NCBI RefSeq assembly: GCF_018977255.1
Contig: NW_024704764.1
Location: 7,192,001 to 7,256,000, forward strand
DNA from: Callorhinchus milii
Taxonomy: Eukaryota
Direction of reading: 5' to 3'
Length of the DNA stretch: 64,000 nucleotides
Positions 59,560-64,000 of the stretch are shown here, piece after piece (within the stretch, counting starts at the first letter, position 1; every line of letters starts with the position of its first letter). The position numbers were made by a program, and so were the translations under genes. Under the pieces are notes generated by a model. That model was not told where the DNA came from and ran no database searches. It worked only from the letters and a program-made list of their open reading frames with translations.

Positions 59560-60296
59560 GTCCTCTCTTTACCCTCTACATGCTCCCCCTTGGTGACGTC
59601 ATCCGCAGACATGGGGTAAATTTCCACATGTATGCGGATGACACCCAACTCTATCTCTCTGCGTCTACCCTCAACTCCAGGACTACTGGTTTCCTGACCG
59701 ACTGCCTGTCCGACATCAAGTCCTGGACGAGGGACAACTTTCTCCAACTCAATGTAAGCAAGACCGCGGCCCTCCTGATTGGCTCGCGCCAGCGCCTCCG
59801 CACCTCGGGCGCCGGCAGCATCAGCCTCCACAGCTGCACACTCAACCTCACTAAGCCAGTCAGGAACCTGGGTGTCTTGTTTGACCCCGAACTGTTCTTT
59901 CTCCCCCACATCCGCGCACTGCCTACCACCACCTCCGCAACATTGCCAGACTCCACCAGTGCCTCAGCCCTCAGGCTGCTGAAACCGTTATACCTCCATT
60001 CATCAGGCTCTGGCCTGCTCCATGTCTCCCGCCTGACCTGTCCTACCATCGGTGGCCGGGCTTTCAGCCTCTCTGCCCCCACACTCTGCATCGCCTCCCT
60101 TACCTCCTTCAAGACCGGTCTCAAGACCCTTCTCTTTGATTGTGCCTTTGGTCTCCCTCCCACCTCTCTGCCTTTCCTCACCCCTACACCACCCCTCTCT
60201 CATGCTCGGGCCCTGACACCTGACTGTTGAGAGCTTTGGGACGTCCTTCCGACGTGAAAGGCGCTCTACAAGTGTAAGTTTGTTGTTGTTGTTGTT
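59560..60296 (+). mobile_element. L2 LINE fragment (RT through 3' tail, internally deleted)
   Basis: [32 protein letters not shown]...[10 protein letters not shown]...VRNLGVLFD...IGGRAFS; stem-loop tail and (TTG)n. Confidence 0.92.
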
Positions 60297-63079
60297 CTCA
60301 GCGTGGTTTGGATACTCTTAAGCATGGTGATGGCTGACCGGAAAAAAATCAACTGTTATAGTTTTGATGACATTTTGTGGAGGGGAAAAAAGCCAAAGAA
60401 TGGAGATGGGGCGATGGTGGTGGGGAGTGGGGAGGGAGGTCAGGTGGTGGGTGCAGGTAGAGGTGGTGCTGCTGCAGCTAACGTAAGGGTATCATGGTTA
60501 TGGAAGCCAATTTCATGTAAGGCCTCTTCACAAAAAGAGAGGTGAGCAGGAGTCTGGAAAACTGAGTCTTGTCTGATTGTTGCTCCTAGCTCATTCCTCT
60601 AACACTGAGGACCATCCCCGTTATTAACATCATATTGCGCAGGTCGGTCCAGGGCACGGCTTTTAACAGACCAGCTTAGCCTGGCTCATCGGCAAACTTG
60701 GAGAGGCGGACATTGGAGCCAGGGATTCTTCCCACTCTACTCCTGCTAATCCTGCAAGAAAAAGTCCCAACTCGTAAGATGGTCAGAGCACAGGAAGCTT
60801 GCCAGATAATGCTCCCAATGGCAAGCTATGCGGTTTTAGCTGGTTAGACGCCAACACACACTCTAGGGTCCCCAAGTCTTGGCTCCTGAAGAGTGGTAGG
60901 CAGTGAGGCAATGGCGGAGTCTGTTTGTAGTGTCATGCAAGGAACTCTTCATGTGGTTTATTTTCAAGCGTGGTGATGGGTGTCAGACACCTAGCTGATC
61001 ATAGATAATGTGCAGCTTCAAACTTCAGAAATGTGGTTAAGTGTCAAACTGCCAACATAACAGAAAATTGTACCCTGGCGTAAAGCACATTAAGTGCTTC
61101 ATTCACGTTAAAATGTCAGAAAGATATAAACATAATGAAGAAAAAAGCGGGAGCTGTACGTACTTTTGTACACAATTGCTCCAGGGACAAGATCCTGGAA
61201 TATTCAATTAACCCTGGGTATAGAGTGCTGTATCTTAATGGTTAGAGCACTCGCCTTGCAAGCGAGAGGATCTGGGGGAAACTTTTAGCAAGTTTCTTTA
61301 CTCCACACGCCTCTGTTTCCCTAGCAGTAACTAGGAACCTGGTTGTTAGTCGATTAGCAAATCACTTTCCGTGGGTAATAATCCCTTTAAAAATAATAAT
61401 AATAATAAAGTAATATTTTGTTCACTCAATCCACGACTGGTTGTGGAACACTGCTGTGCACAATTGGCTGCCGCGTCTCATCCACAAAATATACAGCAAA
61501 GTGTTTTGAAAAGTCTCGAAGGTGTGATAAGGCTATGTCAAATGGAAGGATTATTATTGTTAGTGGGGTAAGAGCAGAGGAGCGGGACTGATTAGGTAAC
61601 TCTTTCAAAGAGCTAGCACAGTCACAATGGGTCTAATGGCCTCCTTCTATGTTGTAAGATTCTAGTAAGATTCTATGATTTATAAAAAACATTATCCCAA
61701 TAAAAAACATTCTCCCTGGACTGTGGTAAGGAATTAATTTTAGATCTGAATTATTTAAAATGTTATTATTGCATTTTATGGCTTTAATTCAGTTTCTGAA
61801 GCATTCTGTGTGGTTTTGGTTAATCAGAACCTGAATCTGAATAGAAAGGTAATTACAAAAAAAAATCCACAATCTCTTTCTCGTGGAAATCATCACACAC
61901 AGATGTATCAGATAACCTTTGACTGTTTTGCAAAAACAGGATTGATAATCATCGTTTAGTCACCAGCTCAGAGCGTACTGCACTGAATTAATTTCAGCTA
62001 AACTTTTCTTCTCAGATCTCTCCCAATAGCAAAGGTGAGCTTATTGCTTAATATACTGCAGTTTGGAGCCACAAAGCTCCTCCCTGCTTTGTGCTTTTAT
62101 TTACTCTGTTCCAAAACATCTATATGGTATCTATATGGTAACTGATTTTCCAACGACGACTTGCATTTAAGTAGCGCCCTTCACATGGGTACGCCTTGAG
62201 ATGTCCTCCCGACGTGAAAGGCGCTATACAAATATAATCGTGTTGTTGTAGTGACTGGGAGCGCTTGGAACCTCTGCACTGCTTCGCACGGATCACTTAG
62301 TCGAGCATTTTCCTCTGAAAACAACACCATTTTCTTTGTGAGGAAACTCCTCCCACATCACATAGCAAATCGTTTGTCACACATCGATATCTCACGAATC
62401 TTGTCTAAACTGTTCGCAGGAATCTGTCACGCTAATTTACACACACTGAAAGTAGTCCAGGGCATTTGGTTTAACATTACAAAGTGGTGGGGAAAATCCC
62501 CTGCAGTCATTTTTCAAACTTTCTCATCCAGTAAATTGTAATCTCCAAGCGGTCACCATTTAGGCATTTTTTTACAGAATTTTAGGCAAATTTTACAGAA
62601 TGTTCTTATATTATTACTTACTGTATTCCTGCCTTCATATTATTTTAATCATCTTAAGATTCGAAACACACACGTGAAGCATCGCTTAGTCTGCATGAAT
62701 CTGTTTTTAATGTTTCTGGATGTGGGATAAAAGATCCCCTTTGAGCTCAGTCCCCATCAGTGACTATTCCTTAAACACTGTCTGAAGAACCCTCCACATT
62801 ACTTGATCGATCTTCACTTCTCCTGTGCAGAACACAGTGTTTTCAGCCGCTGCTGGACAAACTGCTTGTACTCTCTACAGTGTGTGTCTGCTCTCCTGGC
62901 GTGACTCAAATTTGCACCTGAAGTCGGTTCATAACCGATGGGAATTTTCAGCACTTCAGCCAAAATGCTTTGCGCGCTCACTCCACTTTACTGCATATCC
63001 TGTGAAGCTCTTTGAGACATCTCGAATGACGTGATGAAGGCAAATGCGAGGATAATTATTGTTATTAATATCGTGATCC

Positions 63080-63113
63080 AGAGAGAGCGAGAGAGAGAGA
63101 GAGAGAGAGAGAG
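63080..63113. repeat. (GA)n microsatellite
   Basis: Dinucleotide run. Confidence 0.95.
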
Positions 63114-63310
63114 ATGGGGGGGTGGAGGGAAGGGATTATTTACCACATATATTGGCTAAGATCCCAGAGACTAAGCGTTCAGACCAGAGTCTTCCCTTTC
63201 TCTCTCTGAGATTTTCCCATGACCTGGAACTAGAGATTGTTGTGTGTGTCCCAATGCATTAAGTGGTTGGGTTTGTTGCGAATCTCTCGTCTAAGCCAAT
63301 GAGGCAGAGA

Positions 63311-63326
63311 TAGCGCCCCCTGGCGT
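63311..63326 (-). promoter_or_regulatory. CTCF-binding motif
   Basis: Minus strand CGCCAGGGGGCGCTA closely matches the CTCF core consensus. Confidence 0.6.
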
Positions 63327-64000
63327 TGGCTGCGGAAAGTTCCCAAAGGCAACTGAAGCAATAACCTACCAGCTGCAACATTCCTCACCAAATTGCCACC
63401 GTGAAACTGACGCGCACACCGAGACGATAATTCGGATTACTTAAACAATTTTACAAGACGTTTCTTTCATTAGCTTCAAAGCGTTGCGCGAGCTGTCGCC
63501 AGGGGAGAGCGGGCCAGGGACAGATGTTGGAGGAGGCGTTTAACAGCTGGCGTTTGTTCAGGGATTTTGATGAGCGAGCGAGTGAGTCACTCACTGGGTT
63601 CATTGCCAGACCGCTGGCTCCCTCCTATGCACAAGTGACTTGGATTCCCAGAAACAGCTCCTCTGGATTCGAAAACGAGCCTTGTAGTATTTCTCAATCA
63701 TTTCCTTTCTTCTTCACGTCAAAACTTACATCTCCCTCGGAGGGGGAGGTGTGGGGTTGGTGAGATGTGTTCCTCCAGGGAGAGAGAGTGCGCATTCAAT
63801 TTCAATAAACCACAATCAATCAGCTTCCAGTGCAAACAGCCCTACAGTCAAAGCCCGGTTCCCTGCAGTAACATGTCAGCCTGGCGCAGGCGGTAGCAAT
63901 CTTGCTTCTGAGTCATAATAATAATAATCCTTGCAATTGATATAGCTCCTTATCGAGACGTCGCAAAGCGCGTCACGGGATAGATTGTAAAGTGAATTGA

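Noticed and set aside
59523-60230. 235-aa ORF with a YADD reverse-transcriptase motif
   Set aside because: 5'-truncated, internally deleted L2 fragment without a real start; not a functional RT gene or retron-like system.

Overview
Vertebrate genomic DNA, most likely from a cartilaginous fish (holocephalan such as Callorhinchus; inferred from the SINE/L2/CR1/Penelope repeat content, not verified). It carries the gene block syntenic to human 17q21: last coding exon and 3'UTR of MLX (+), PSMC3IP/HOP2 (-, 8 coding exons), RETREG3/FAM134C (-, 9 exons), one TUBG1 (+, 11 exons, one GC-AG intron) sharing a bidirectional CpG promoter with RETREG3, PLEKHH3 (-, 13 exons), and a CCR10-position chemokine receptor (-). 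Exons were assembled by hand from splice sites, and every multi-exon CDS keeps frame to its stop. Introns are dense with tRNA-derived SINEs, Deu-domain-like SINEs and L2/CR1 fragments. Most notable observations: a Penelope-type inverted repeat with an intact minimal hammerhead-ribozyme core in the sense strand of the probable RETREG3 3'UTR, a probable MLX/PSMC3IP 3' antisense overlap, and SINE subfamilies with different L2-type tails. No convincing new multi-gene system was found. There are two N gaps (7192-7504, 7526-8243).
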